Notes: a model not told the origin generated them from the letters alone. A DNA stretch of 63,591 nt, filler included, from Octopus bimaculoides (GCF_001194135.2; 10 parts of 9 records of this genome joined end to end with filler, not necessarily neighbours in it); one strand, 5' to 3'. Shown: positions 1 to 12,454, counted from the whole stretch's first letter. A program made the numbers and translations.

Positions 1-282
1 GAATGTGTATATGAGTGGGTGTTTGAGTGTTTTTTTGTGTCGGTGGGGATGTGTGTACGTGAGAGTGTGCGTATATCTCTTTGTCTGAGTGTGTATGTGT
101 TGTTTTGATCGTCCTTGTGGTGTGTGTGTGTGTGAGAGCAATCGTATATATGTGTGAGGGTGTGTACGTATGTGTGTGTATGTATATGTGCATCTGTGTG
201 TGTGCGTGGGAGTGTTTTGTATGAGTGTGGGAGTGTGTGTGTCTCTCTGTCTGAGTGGGTGTGTTGTTTTAAATATCCTTGT

Positions 283-331
<49 letters not shown>

Positions 332-1750
332 GCAAACGTATGTGTGTGATGGTTCATATGCATGTGTATGTCTATGTCTGTATGTGTGCGTGTGGCATGT
401 GTATATGAGTATGTGTGTGTTTTTTCTATGGCAGGATGGTGTGTGTATGTGTGTGCACGTTTGTGTGAGAGAGAGAGCAACCGTATGTATGTGTGAGGGT
501 GTGTACATATGTATGCGTCTATGTGTGTATGTATGTATGCATCTGTGTGTGTGCGTGGGAGTGTTTTGTGTGAGTGTGAGAGTGTGTGTAGACGTGAGTG
601 TGTGTGTCTCTCTCTCTCTGTCTGAGTGAGTGTGTTGCTTTAAATACTCTTGTGGTGTGTGTGTGTGTGTGTAAGCAACGGTATGTGTGTGTGATGGTTC
701 ATGTGTATGTGTATGTCTGTATGTGTACGTATGTCAATTTGTGTTGTGTGTTGGTGGGGGTGTTATGTGTGTGTACGTGAGTTTGTGTGTGTCTCTAAGT
801 ATGTTTGTGTTTGAGTTGTCATTGTGGTGCGTGTGTGTGTGGGAGCAACTGTATGTGTGTGCATGAGGGTGCATGTGTGTGTGAGCATGTATGTGTGTGT
901 TGTATTTATTAGGTGTCCTTGTANNNNNNNNNNNNNNNNNNNNNNNNNNNNNNNNNNNNNNNNNNNNNNNNNNNNNNNNNNNNNNNNNNNNNNNNNNNNN
1001 NNNNNNNNNNNNNNNNNNNNNNNNNNNNNNNNNNNNNNNNNNNNNNNNNNNNNNNNNNNNNNNNNNNNNNNNNNNNNNNNNNNNNNNNNNNNNNNNNNNN
1101 NNNNNNNNNNNNNNNNNNNNNNNNNNNNNNNNNNNNNNNNNNNNNNNNNNNNNNNNNNNNNNNNNNNNNNNNNNNNNNNNNNNNNNNNAGTTTTGTTTGT
1201 ATTGTTAGTACAGTATATGTGTGTATACGTGTGCGTGTGTTTGTGTGAGTGCGTCTATGTGGCTTGTATTTGTCGGGGAGGTGTGTCATTGTGTGTGCAT
1301 GCTTCTGTGCATGTGTGCTTGTGAGTGTTTGTTGTGATTGTTGGGATTGTATTGTGTGTGTTTTTCTTTTGAGTGTGTGTGTGACATTTTTACTGGGGAA
1401 CAGGCGTATGGTGTTTGTATGTGTGTGTACATATGTATGCAAATATGCGTGCGTGAATATGATTTGTGGTTGCCGGAGTGGTGTGTAGGTGTGTGCATGT
1501 ACCTGTTTACATATGTTTGTATGGATGTTGGTTGTGGTTACTACAATTGTATTATAAGTATATATATGCATGTGTTTTTTCTTGAAATGTATGTGGGTTT
1601 GTGCTCTGGTGTGGAGATATTGTGTTTGTGTGTGTGTGTATATATGTGTGTAAGTGTGTTCGAGTGGGAGGTTTGCATTGTATTGGTGTGTGTGATTTTG
1701 CGTATCTGTGCGTCTTTGTTTTGGGCGTGCACCTGGGGAGGGGGCTTATG
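1..1750. repeat. Degenerate (GT)n-derived low-complexity region with higher-order repeat units, interrupted by an N gap
   Basis: GT/TG dinucleotide runs with a recurring GCAAxCGTATGTGTGTG block near 137, 331, 477, 675 and 845. The supplied ORFs here are Cys/Val or His/Thr repeats. Confidence 0.85.
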
Positions 1751-2039
1751 TTAGAGTATGTTGAGCTGTGGTCTGTATTTTTGAATAAGATTATTTTCCC
1801 TATTTATTCGTGTTTGGTCAGTGGTGTTGTCTGAGCATTGGTATAATGGGAAAACTAGGAATTTGGGGGACTTGTTTTGTGCACAGAGATCTAAGTGCCC
1901 ACTGAGTGGTATCTGTCTTGTGGTGGGATCCCTCAATTGTTGGCGGTCGACTGTCATCCTTTCTCTGAGAGTAAGGCTCGTTTGCCCTATGTATTCTTTG
2001 TGGCACCCTTCACACCTTATGGCATAAAGTAAATTTTTT
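1751..2039 (-). mobile_element. Penelope-like element, GIY-YIG endonuclease C-terminal domain
   Basis: Minus-strand translation KNLLYAIRCEGCHKEYIGQTSLTLRERM...RINRENNLIQKYRPQLNIL* shows the GIY-YIG Y...YIG signature with a CxxC insert and the R..E..LI....P.LN terminus typical of PLEs. Confidence 0.9.
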
Positions 2040-2643
2040 GNNNNNNNNNNNNNNNNNNNNNNNNNNNNNNNNNNNNNNNNNNNNNNNNNNNNNNNNNNNN
2101 NNNNNNNNNNNNNNNNNNNNNNNNNNNNNNNNNNNNNNNNNNNNNNNNNNNNNNNNNNNNNNNNNNNNNNNNNNNNNNNNNNNNNNNNNNNNNNNNNNNN
2201 NNNNNNNNNNNNNNNNNNNNNNNNNNNNNNNNNNNNNNNNNNNNNNNNNNNNNNNNNNNNNNNNNNNNNNNNNNNNNNNNNNNNNNNNNNNNNNNNNNNN
2301 NNNNNNNNNNNNNNNNNNNNNNNNNNNNNNNNNNNNNNNNNNNNNNNNNNNNNNNNNNNNNNNNNNNNNNNNNNNNNNNNNNNNNNNNNNNNNNNNNNNN
2401 NNNNNNNNNNNNNNNNNNNNNNNNNNNNNNNNNNNNNNNNNNNNNNNNNNNNNNNNNNNNNNNNNNNNNNNNNNNNNNNNNNNNNNNNNNNNNNNNNNNN
2501 NNNNNNNNNNNNNNNNNNNNNNNNNNNNNNNNNNNNNNNNNNNNNNNNNNNNNNNNNNNNNNNNNNNNNNNNNNNNNNNNNNNNNNNNNNNNNNNNNNNN
2601 NNNNNNNNNNNNNNNNNNNNNNNNNNNNNNNNNNNNNNNNNNA

Positions 2644-2829
2644 TTGTAAATTGGATATGGTTGTTGACACTGTTAATTAGGGTTTTGAAGTCAAAGAGTT
2701 GGTCGAGCGTGTGGGATCATAGGATGAGGCAATCATCCAAGTAACGTTTCCAATTCTTCAACAGGTATTGGTGGAAAGACAGGCCATATCTAGTTTTGGA
2801 TTTGTCGTAGATCTGCAATTCTAAGTAGG
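2644..2829 (-). mobile_element. Penelope-like element, reverse transcriptase fragment (motif C), 5'-truncated, with an internal stop
   Basis: Translation LVMAYLELQIY...NWKRYLDDCLIL*SHTLDQLFDFKTLINSVNNHIQFT contains RYLDD and I.FT. It lies on the same strand as, and upstream of, the GIY-YIG across a ~600 N gap. Confidence 0.88.
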
Positions 2830-2849
2830 CCATCACCAGGTTTGTGTGC

Positions 2850-2894
<45 letters not shown>

Positions 2895-2902
<8 letters not shown>

Positions 2903-3540
2903 GGAGAATTACAAATGTCACCGAATGCGATTAGAATGTTAGGAAACAACTACATTGCTAGAAATAAGGACTAAACCGCTCTAATTCTGTAGTCAACGCT
3001 CATTAATGGAAATATATGCGCTAACAGGGAACATAATCGCCCGAATTTCAGTTGCCTCATCAGTTACGACAGCTCGACTTCGACTCTTTCCGGACTCTCT
3101 TCACCATTAGTATTTATGCTTTCCTTATCCAAATGAATGAATGATTTATACAGAATTAATACAGAATTAATACAAACAGTGGTATGCAATGTTTCAGCAA
3201 GAAGGAGAAATCTAAATGCCACTAAATGCTATTAGAGTGTTAGGAAACACCTACATTGTTAGAAATAAGAGCTAAGCTGTTCTAGATCTGTAGATAACGC
3301 ACATGAATGAAAACATATCCATTAACAGGGACCATATTCGCTCGAAAAAGTACCGTTCGAGAATTCGGGCGATTATGGTCTCCGTTAGTGTATATGATTC
3401 ATTCATATGCATTAACTGCAGCTTTAGAACGGTTTAGCTCTTATTTCTAGGAATGTCGAATGTACGTGTTTCCTAACACCCTAATACAATTTATTGACAT
3501 TTGTAATTCTAGTTTCTTTGTGAAACATTGTACAGTTCTG
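2895..3540. repeat. Three diverged copies of a ~150-200 bp element: two direct (~2900-3050, ~3185-3345) and one inverted (~3361-3535), flanked by (TA)n
   Basis: Shared blocks such as TTAGGAAACA.CTACATTG.TAGAAATAAG occur twice forward and once reverse-complemented. Confidence 0.8.
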
Positions 3541-3541
3541 T

Positions 3542-3576
<35 letters not shown>

Positions 3577-5143
3577 TAAATTTTCTGATAAAGTATGCTT
3601 TAAGTATACTTCACAATATATGGGATCTGTAAAAATTGGTTATTGCGAGCTAAATCGAGGAATAAGGAAAATTATAGAAGGATCACATCTAGGCAATTAA
3701 TACAAATTCCAAAGCATAATTTAAAACACACAACAAAATACATACACATTTGAATTTGTAAATCAGTGAACAAAATTACATGTAAAAGTCATATGTAAAA
3801 CCTATGCATACTTTGGGTTCAGTTACCGAATTGAGGAGTGATAAATAAAGCGATAAAAAAATTCAAGGTAAGAGCTTCCCAGAGGAACTCTTCGAATCGA
3901 TTTAGAATTTGATGTTTTTGCAAAATGTCGGATGAGAGTTCAAAATTTTAAAATTCAGGAGAAAATAGGTAGATAGATAGGTAGATAAAATAAATATATA
4001 CAGATATGGGTGAATTCGGGTAAAGGGTATCATCTACGGCCGTTTCAGGGGTACAATAAACGTATAAATGGCGTTTTAAGTATTCCAAATACAGTAACAT
4101 AATGCTCCACTCTCACCCCACCCCAACCCTCATTAGGATGGTTTCCTTCGTGATGAAATCGTACGTGGTAATAATTTGATACACATTGCCCCTCTAATCA
4201 GTGGTTTGTTACTGTCTTAAATACCAATAACTTGTCCACAAAAATGACATTTCTCAGACGATTGAAGTTTTACAGCAGTATTGTACTAAAACCATTCGCA
4301 AAAGCACCAAAATATTCCCGGACTAATCTCATCAAAGTTCTTCAAAGTTCATTAAAAACATTACTAAATGCCTTTTTTTTTTGTTTGCTCTCTTTCAGTT
4401 TCATACGGTTTCATCAATGTTTCATACGGTTTATATTTCCTTTAAACTGATGCAGGAATATACTTGCAAATGGTGGTGAGGAGAAAGGAAATTCTATCTA
4501 TGTATTTATAGATAGAAAGTCTAAATCATTTGAGCATCGTTCAATTTTGATAGAAAAAACTAATGAAAACTGGATTTTAATAAACAAAATATTCTACAAC
4601 TTTACACCAAAAATATCTGAAAGTTTCCCATTCCGGTACGTTGCGGCATCTACAATTTAACAAGAATATTTGTGTGCATTTCCGGGAGATGTTGTAAGAG
4701 TGTCAGTTATTCTCGGAAAGCTGCGAATGAGCTGATGTAGTTTCCGTTTAGGAATGCCTTACAACAGACGGATATATAATATTCAGAGAGTAATTTCGAA
4801 ATGTCAATTATTTGATCAAACTACTGTGCAGAACGTAAGAATTCTGAATGCTTCAGTTACAGCTAAAATTGATCGAACAGTTGATGTCATCTAAACTTCC
4901 CGACAAACCCTGTATCGCAGTTATTATCTATTTTACTGTGCTAAAACCATAACCAGATTTCCGGTTGTGATAGTTTCGGTAATGGGTATCTAACAAATGC
5001 GTAAAGTGTAGGGACATACATGAGATGAAAGCATTACGCAAAAGTACGCTACCACAGGAAGAGATACTTATATGCACATCTGCAATACATACATACATAT
5101 ATACAAACATGCGCACGTATTTACATACATAATTATATATAAA

Positions 5144-5184
<41 letters not shown>

Positions 5185-6520
5185 ATATGTCTATTTATAT
5201 GTATGCATGTATATACATATATGTATATNNNNNNNNNNNNNNNNNNNNNNNNNNNNNNNNNNNNNNNNNNNNNNNNNNNNNNNNNNNNNNNNNNNNNNNN
5301 NNNNNNNNNNNNNNNNNNNNNNNNNNNNNNNNNNNNNNNNNNNNNNNNNNNNNNNNNNNNNNNNNNNNNNNNNNNNNNNNNNNNNNNNNNNNNNNNNNNN
5401 NNNNNNNNNNNNNNNNNNNNNNNNNNNNNNNNNNNNNNNNNNNNNNNNNNNNNNNNNNNNNNNNNNNNNNNNNNNNNNNNNNNNNNNNNNNNNNNNNNNN
5501 NNNNNNNNNNNNNNNNNNNNNNNNNNNNNNNNNNNNNNNNNNNNNNNNNNNNNNNNNNNNNNNNNNNNNNNNNNNNNNNNNNNNNNNNNNNNNNNNNNNN
5601 NNNNNNNNNNNNNNNNNNNNNNNNNNNNNNNNNNNNNNNNNNNNNNNNNNNNNNNNNNNNNNNNNNNNNNNNNNNNNNNNNNNNNNNNNNNNNNNNNNNN
5701 NNNNNNNNNNNNNNNNNNNNNNNNNNNNNNNNNNNNNNNNNNNNNNNNNNNNNNNNNNNNNNNNNNNNNNNNNNNNNNNNNNNNNNNNNNNNNNNNNNNN
5801 NNNTATATATATGTATATATATATATATATATAATATATATATATATATATGTATACAGTGAGAGACAATATGATAGATAGATAAGTAGATAGATGAGTA
5901 TACATAGGTGTGTGCATGTGTGTAAGTAGTTTAATTTTTATTAACTAGGTACTTTTCACGATGGACTACTTATGCGCTTAAACGTTACGCATTCACACTG
6001 TGTACATTCTGACAATGATTTCCAGTGTGCAGTTCTACTAACATTCAAATATATTGTTATTATCATGCCTGAATCTAATGGAAACAAATCAGATAGTATT
6101 TTTTATAGATGTATGGTTGCATGACATTCACCTTTCCATGAATGTTGTTGAAGCTCAATATAAAGTGTTGCTTTTGATTGGGCGAAGTGTTTATCAATAT
6201 CGTGAGTAAATCGGTTACTATGGATAAATCGATATCGTTATTGCAACGAATCCACCCTCAGGGTAAGTACCCCTACCACACACGATATATCATATATATA
6301 ACAGCTTCCTTTGCGTAGTTGTATGCATGCAAGCTTTCACTTAAAGACGCCTACAAGCATGTATGACTATACTTCAATTTACACACATACTCATATACGT
6401 ACACTGCCACAAACGCAGGCTCACAGATTGTCGAATACATGTTTTCCCCCTCCTTCGCACTTATGTTTATATATATAAATACCACAATATGTATTTGTAT
6501 CCATTTATCTATTCTCTCCA

Positions 6521-6567
<47 letters not shown>

Positions 6568-6568
6568 A

Positions 6569-6604
<36 letters not shown>

Positions 6605-6790
6605 TATATATATATATATACATATACAAACATACATATATATATATATTATATTATATTTTATTATATTATATCATATGGGTGGGTGTGAGAGAGAGAG
6701 CGTATCTGTGTACAAATTGGAATAAAGTTAAGATCAATGAACAGTGAATAATATTCATTATACATACATATGTACATATACATATTATAC

Positions 6791-6827
<37 letters not shown>

Positions 6828-9625
6828 ACATCAGTAGCTTGATATACCTCAGTAGCCTGATATATATATATATATATATCATCAAAAACCGAGTGTGCGA
6901 ATATAGGAAGATAGTGTAAGAGGGGCATCAAATAAGAAAAAAATGGTTTGTTGTATTCATGTCAAATGAAAAAATATACATAAAGTTGGCATTTCTGTTT
7001 TAGTAGGTAAAATACTTACGACCGGAAACCGAAGTATATCAAAGAAAATATAACGTGAAGTAAATTTTTATTTGTACAGGACGGGATATGAAATGAATAG
7101 GGAACTACAAACACGTTTTCAAGCACGAAGTGTCAACTCTAAGCAAGATCAATTTTGCCAACGTGTTTTTCGTATTTTCTGTCACTTTTAGTTTGCTTAT
7201 GTTGATGTTGTTGTTTCTTGGGCCTTGATCAGAATTAATCCAACAGATCTGAAATAAAATGCATTCAAGCTATTTCTTCTTAGAAAATTTTGTCGCTCGT
7301 GTTTATATATCTTATAACGTGAACTACATCATTCAAACTGACGTTCCTTTACTTTTTAAGGAACAACTGTCATTTTGTGGACTATTCACTGCCATTTAAG
7401 ACAGCAATCAACCGCTCAAATGTTTCCTCAGTAGTTTCGTAGTATAACTGCCCTTTGCCACCAAACCATTCTCCATCGAACGGACGTATTATGAAAATCT
7501 TTCCACAGTGTCCTTTTTTCTTGGTTGTAGCACATGTTTGCTCCGTATTTCCCTTCTTTTCCTTACAGACTGTGCTGAGATTGAAGGAACGCTAGGCTAC
7601 CGTTTCTAGCATTGTGAGTAATCGAATAGATGGGATCTCTTTCACTCTAAGTTTTGGCCGATTATATGGTGCGTATGTGTTTCGTGGGGTACCTGTAAGG
7701 GTCGAGTATTAATGAAGTCAAATTTATAGTAAAACAAATCCCATGTATTTTTAATGAAATGATGTCGAGGACAAGTTTGAAGCTCAAATTGTTCCTGTAT
7801 CTAATATGAAAAGAAGGAGGTGTGTGTAAGTAAATATATTTCAAAATATATGGAAAGCATGAAAGAGCTTAATTCTCCCCTATTCTTCTCCACAAAGCAT
7901 CGAAATTTACTTCAATTCATTATGTTGATTGAAAATTAATAAGCGTTAAAAGAAGTAGACCTAGAGGCTTCGAAATGGACAAATTGATGATGAATGAAGC
8001 AAATTTGATGCTCACTCGGGAGTACCCAGGTATAAAATGCTGGTTACTGACTCAGATCGTTTAAATCTTAAGTTTTATAACAGAAAGTGTCGGAATAATG
8101 GCCAAATTTCGCAAGAGGATTATTCTAATTTGTTTTTAAACGGTATACATATATGTGTGCTTGTATGTGTGTGTGTGTCTGTGTGTGTGTGTGCGTGTGT
8201 TTCTGTATCTATGTGTGTCTGTATGTGTCCGTGCGTTACCCCCCCCCATCCCCAAATGTGTACATATGCTTATATGTATGATGTAGTGATATATATGTCC
8301 AATAGGACCAATTCCTGAGCAAAAGACACCTGAATGCTCCCGAACTATCAATTCTCAAATGTCAACAGTGGAGAGAAGTACGCTTCACTGTGTAGTATTA
8401 CTTTCTTTGCACTGCATAGTCTCCAGGATTATGCTAAATCAAGCCACCTTAACTTGATTTGAAACATAGTTAGCATCTGATATGTGACACATTGTACACC
8501 AGTACAGGCAACGCACTCCAGGTGGAACGTGTGGGATTAATGATGCAAAAGCTAAGTTCACTATAACGAAATTTGTAGTGCATATCGTGAAGTTACAGGA
8601 AAAGAAAAAAGTAAAAGAAATAAATCCCGTGAAAATGAAGTGATAGTGATAGAGCCAGACAGAAGATACTATCGGAGATCTCAAGCTACAGCTTTGCACA
8701 CCTGGTGATAAGAAGTAGATGGCCGTTCTGTGATACACCTGTGTGTAATTTCATAGGTCATGTGAAAAAATATAACGGAAGTAAACAAAATAAAAAGCAA
8801 ATCAAACAAATATTTTTGTTTTTGTGTCAAACACCTTCAGGAGTGAAAACACATAAACGTAGTCTTCAAATTGAATAAAATGCTTGTAATTATTAAAACT
8901 GTAATTACGAATGTGGGCGTAAAAGTGTCTACGGTGACTATGAAGGAACGATGCTACAGCTGTGAAATCATGCATGTGTTAATTTCAACACTTATTACTA
9001 AGTGCATTCTCTGATTTTTCGTAGGTAATTTGACAACTGACTGTTCAAAGAAAACTTCAAAAGTAACTAAAAGCAACTTATCTTGAAAATTGACAAAATT
9101 TAGTATCATGGTATTATCAAGTATTGGAAGAAAAAGGGATTATCCGCTAACGATATTCCTGATGGCAAGGTTGCTACATTAGCGGATGACGTTTCGGTTT
9201 TAGAAACAGCTTAAAAATGGGCAGCTAAAGTTTTCTAATTGAGATGTTGTAGCATTCTGCTGTTTCACTTTAATTTCTGTTCTGTCAAATTTCCCAGGAA
9301 GACTTTCTATGTCTCTCTCTTTCTGTATATATATGTATATATATATATATNNNNNNNNNNNNNNNNNNNNNNNNNNNNNNNNNNNNNNNNNNNNNNNNNN
9401 NNNNNNNNNNNNNNNNNNNNNNNNNNNNNNNNNNNNNNNNNNNNNNNNNNNNNNNNNNNNNNNNNNNNNNNNNNNNNNNNNNNNNNNNNNNNNNNNNNNN
9501 NNNNNNNNNNNNNNNNNNNNNNNNNNNNNNNNNNNNNNNNNNNNNNNNNNNNNTGTGTGTGTGTGTGTGTGTGTGTGTGTGTCTGTGTGTGTGTGTGTGT
9601 GTGTATGTGTGTGTGTGTGTGTGTG

Positions 9626-11438
9626 TAATTTGAACAAAAGACCAGGTAATTCAATCTGCAAACATGACCCCGATTAGAGATGGATGTAAAGGACAATTGT
9701 ACGTGATAGATTAAAAATTTATAAATGCACAGACATTTATGTTCTTTTCTAAAAATTTATAAGTAAATGAATATATTAAAAATATATATGTGTAAAGTAA
9801 TAGATTTTCAAAAAGATGCCCGGATGAAGGCATATAAACGTTAAAACATGGGTGTATAGGTAAAAACATTGGAGAACGTCTGAAGTGGTCATGGAAATGA
9901 ACTAAATGTTACGATGAGTAGTGAAGTTAAAATACGCAATACTTAAAATTAGTTGAAGTAGGGTATCATCTGCCGTTTCGTGGGTTCATTGCGGGAATAA
10001 ATAAAGGGATATAATACCCATTATTTGGCAATTCCTTCTTCTTCTTCAGGGTAACGGGTTTTCCATTTTGACAATTACGAATGACATGTTAGGTTAATAT
10101 TTTATAGATAAGATACAGGGGTGAGGAAGATTAAGAATTTAATATATTCCAATAAAAATATTAATAAAAAGGAATGCAATATCTGTAAATGGTGCAGAAT
10201 CCGATGAGCACGTTGTTATATCAAAATGATCATGTGTATTGGTCCTAGTCCAATTTGTCTTATTAAAGTGAATTAGAGTTTTTGTGGTGGTTAAGGTAAT
10301 GTATATATCCTATCGGGAATTTTTCGTGAAATTACGAGCAAAGTTTAAAGTTTTATACTGGAGGATTGGTGAGATTAAAGCGTAATAGTTTGAGATATCG
10401 AATTGTATAAAATAGGTACGATGTTTATACTTAATCGAATGAAACCAGGTAATAACGTCTCTGGTTGAATTCCATGAGGGAAAGTTTTACGTTAGTTCTA
10501 ATCTTAGGGATAGATTCTATCAAGTATACACTCTGCGATTCTATCCAAGTCGGACTTTGTTGCACAAATGAATATTATTGAAAGTTTAGAAAAAAACTTC
10601 CGCGTATGGTCCTTTTAAGTAAAGTGGGGAATTCTAGTTCTAACTAATAAATTCAAGTCGGCTATAAGTTCGTAATTCTTTTTTTATATCATTGAGTGCA
10701 TTTTTATGGACGTGTTTATAGCTAGTTTTTACCTCTTTCAGAATTAATTCATTCTTCGAACGCACATCCCGTCACTACTAACCAAATTGCCACACGTGGT
10801 TTTCTCATGCAAACATAAAACTTACACAACATTTTTGCACTAAAGATACTTTGATTAGAATTGAAAAAGGATATATCTTAAAAAAAAAACTTTCATTTCT
10901 TTTTATCAATATTTTTATTAGAATATACTTACTTCTTAATCTTCCTCACCCTGCATCTTATCTATAAAAATATAACCTAACCTGTAGTATTCCTCATTCG
11001 TAATAGTCAACATAGAAAACTCGTTTCTCGTAAGAAGGAGGAACTGTCAAATGATTGGTATTACATCCCTTTATTTATTCCCGCAATGAACCGCCGGAAA
11101 TGGCCGTTGGTACCCTGCTTTAACTAATTTTAACTATTCCGAATTTTAACTTCGCTCCTCATCGTAACTTTTAATTCGTTTCCATCACCACTTCAGACTT
11201 TCTCCAATAGTTTTACTTCTACACACATGTTTATATGTCTACATCCGGATGTCTGTTTGAAAATCTATTAATTTACCCACATATATTTTTAATATATTCA
11301 TTTACTTATAAATTAAAAAAAACAACATAAATGCCTGTGCAGTTATATATTTATAATCTATCATGTACTATTGTCCTTTACATCCATCTCTAATCGGGGT
11401 CATGTTTGCGGATTGAATTACCTGGTCTTTTGTTCGAA

Positions 11439-11441
<3 letters not shown>
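9626..11441. mobile_element. Palindromic PLE-derived structure: ~540 bp inverted arms (9626-10170 and 10900-11441) around an RT fragment
   Basis: The arm ends GAACAAAAGACCAGGTAATTCAATC.GCAAACATGACCCCGATTAGAGATGGATGTAAAGGACAA are reverse complements of each other, and homology continues for ~540 bp. Both outer ends run into (CA)n then (TA)n. Confidence 0.9.
10165..10740 (-). pseudogene. Decayed Penelope-like RT (Neptune-like), N-terminal part through motifs A-B
   Basis: Frameshift-corrected translation ...LKDH...TKSDLDRIAECILDRI.PKIRTNVKLSL.WNSTRDVITWFHSIKYKHRTYFIQFDISNYYALIS...KTLIHFNKTNWTRTNTHDHFDITTCSSDSA resembles the PLE pattern FIQFDI..FYPSI...FD.TMGS.DGA. Confidence 0.85.
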
Positions 11442-11513
<72 letters not shown>

Positions 11514-11557
11514 NNNNNNNNNNNNNNNNNNNNNNNNNNNNNNNNNNNNNNNNNNNN

Positions 11558-11569
11558 TTAATTAATTAA
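11558..11569. other. Assembly gap spacer TTAATTAATTAA (also at 18828, 24230, 29471, 37271, 43023, 50319, 60919, 62421)
   Basis: An identical 12-mer centred in ~100-nt N blocks nine times; it encodes stops in all six frames. Confidence 0.95.
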
Positions 11570-11613
11570 NNNNNNNNNNNNNNNNNNNNNNNNNNNNNNN
11601 NNNNNNNNNNNNN

Positions 11614-11654
<41 letters not shown>

Positions 11655-11959
11655 AATAACTTCTCACATAAACACAGATACACACTTATAGTAGAGTGAA
11701 TATTTTTTTCTGAGGAACTAAAAATAACTTCCACTTGTAAATCTGTACCAACTCAGGAAACATTATAGCGGAATTTATCTATTAAAATGGAATATGTTGA
11801 GTATTGAATTAGTTCTGAATATTTATAGAACTAAAATGAATGCATGTACATCATGTATATATACATGCAAGTTCTATGCCATATATGAGGAAATCGATAT
11901 AATTATAAGGTAGAAATATTGCGGATCTGAAATTAAACATGCGAAAATGAAGCCCTGTA

Positions 11960-12400
11960 CATTATTTGCGAAGTTGCTGATGAATTTTAGTTTGTACATT
12001 ATTACGTAAATGGTTACTTTTAGTGAGCAGATGTAAGACGTAAATATAAAATATTAAGTATACCTGAATCGAATGAAACGTTTTTATAGTGTGAAGAATC
12101 AAATTTCTACGATAGTGGGAGAGTAAAGGCCACGGGGAGCCGTGAGTTAGGAGCAGATGAAATTCTAATTGATTCAAACTGTTTATTATTATGTTATGGT
12201 CAAGAATATAACGCGGTAATCTAGCACAATCCCTAGCATGCCACTGTACCATAGAAATCTAATTATTCACACTATAAATAATTTCCATTGGAATCAGATA
12301 CGCTTAATGTTTTATCGTCACCCTTTACCACTACTCACCAAAAGTCAGCATTTATCTGATGATATACGAACTAATATTTATCAACAACCGCTTCACTACT
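11960..12400. repeat. Old inverted repeat with ~150 bp arms (11960-12115 and 12250-12400)
   Basis: TAGAAATCTAATTATTCACACTATAAA and CTACTCACCAAAAGTCAGCATTTA have diverged reverse-complement counterparts on the left. Confidence 0.65.
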
Positions 12401-12454
12401 AGATTTCACGGCTTCATTTTTGTACATGCACATTTAAATCCTCAAGACTTATAT

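Noticed and set aside
7570-7614. Plus-strand 45 nt exon candidate (polypyrimidine-CAG ... GTGAGT)
   Set aside because: It has stops in all three frames. The pyrimidine tract is the complement of purine-rich codons in the minus-strand frame.
8439-8738. 99 aa hydrophobic ORF containing TTNFVIVNLAFASL, resembling a GPCR TM2 motif
   Set aside because: It lacks the TM1 GN, the TM2 Asp and any DRY motif. The hydrophobicity comes from a T-rich tract. It remains worth a BLAST, but the call is not supportable.
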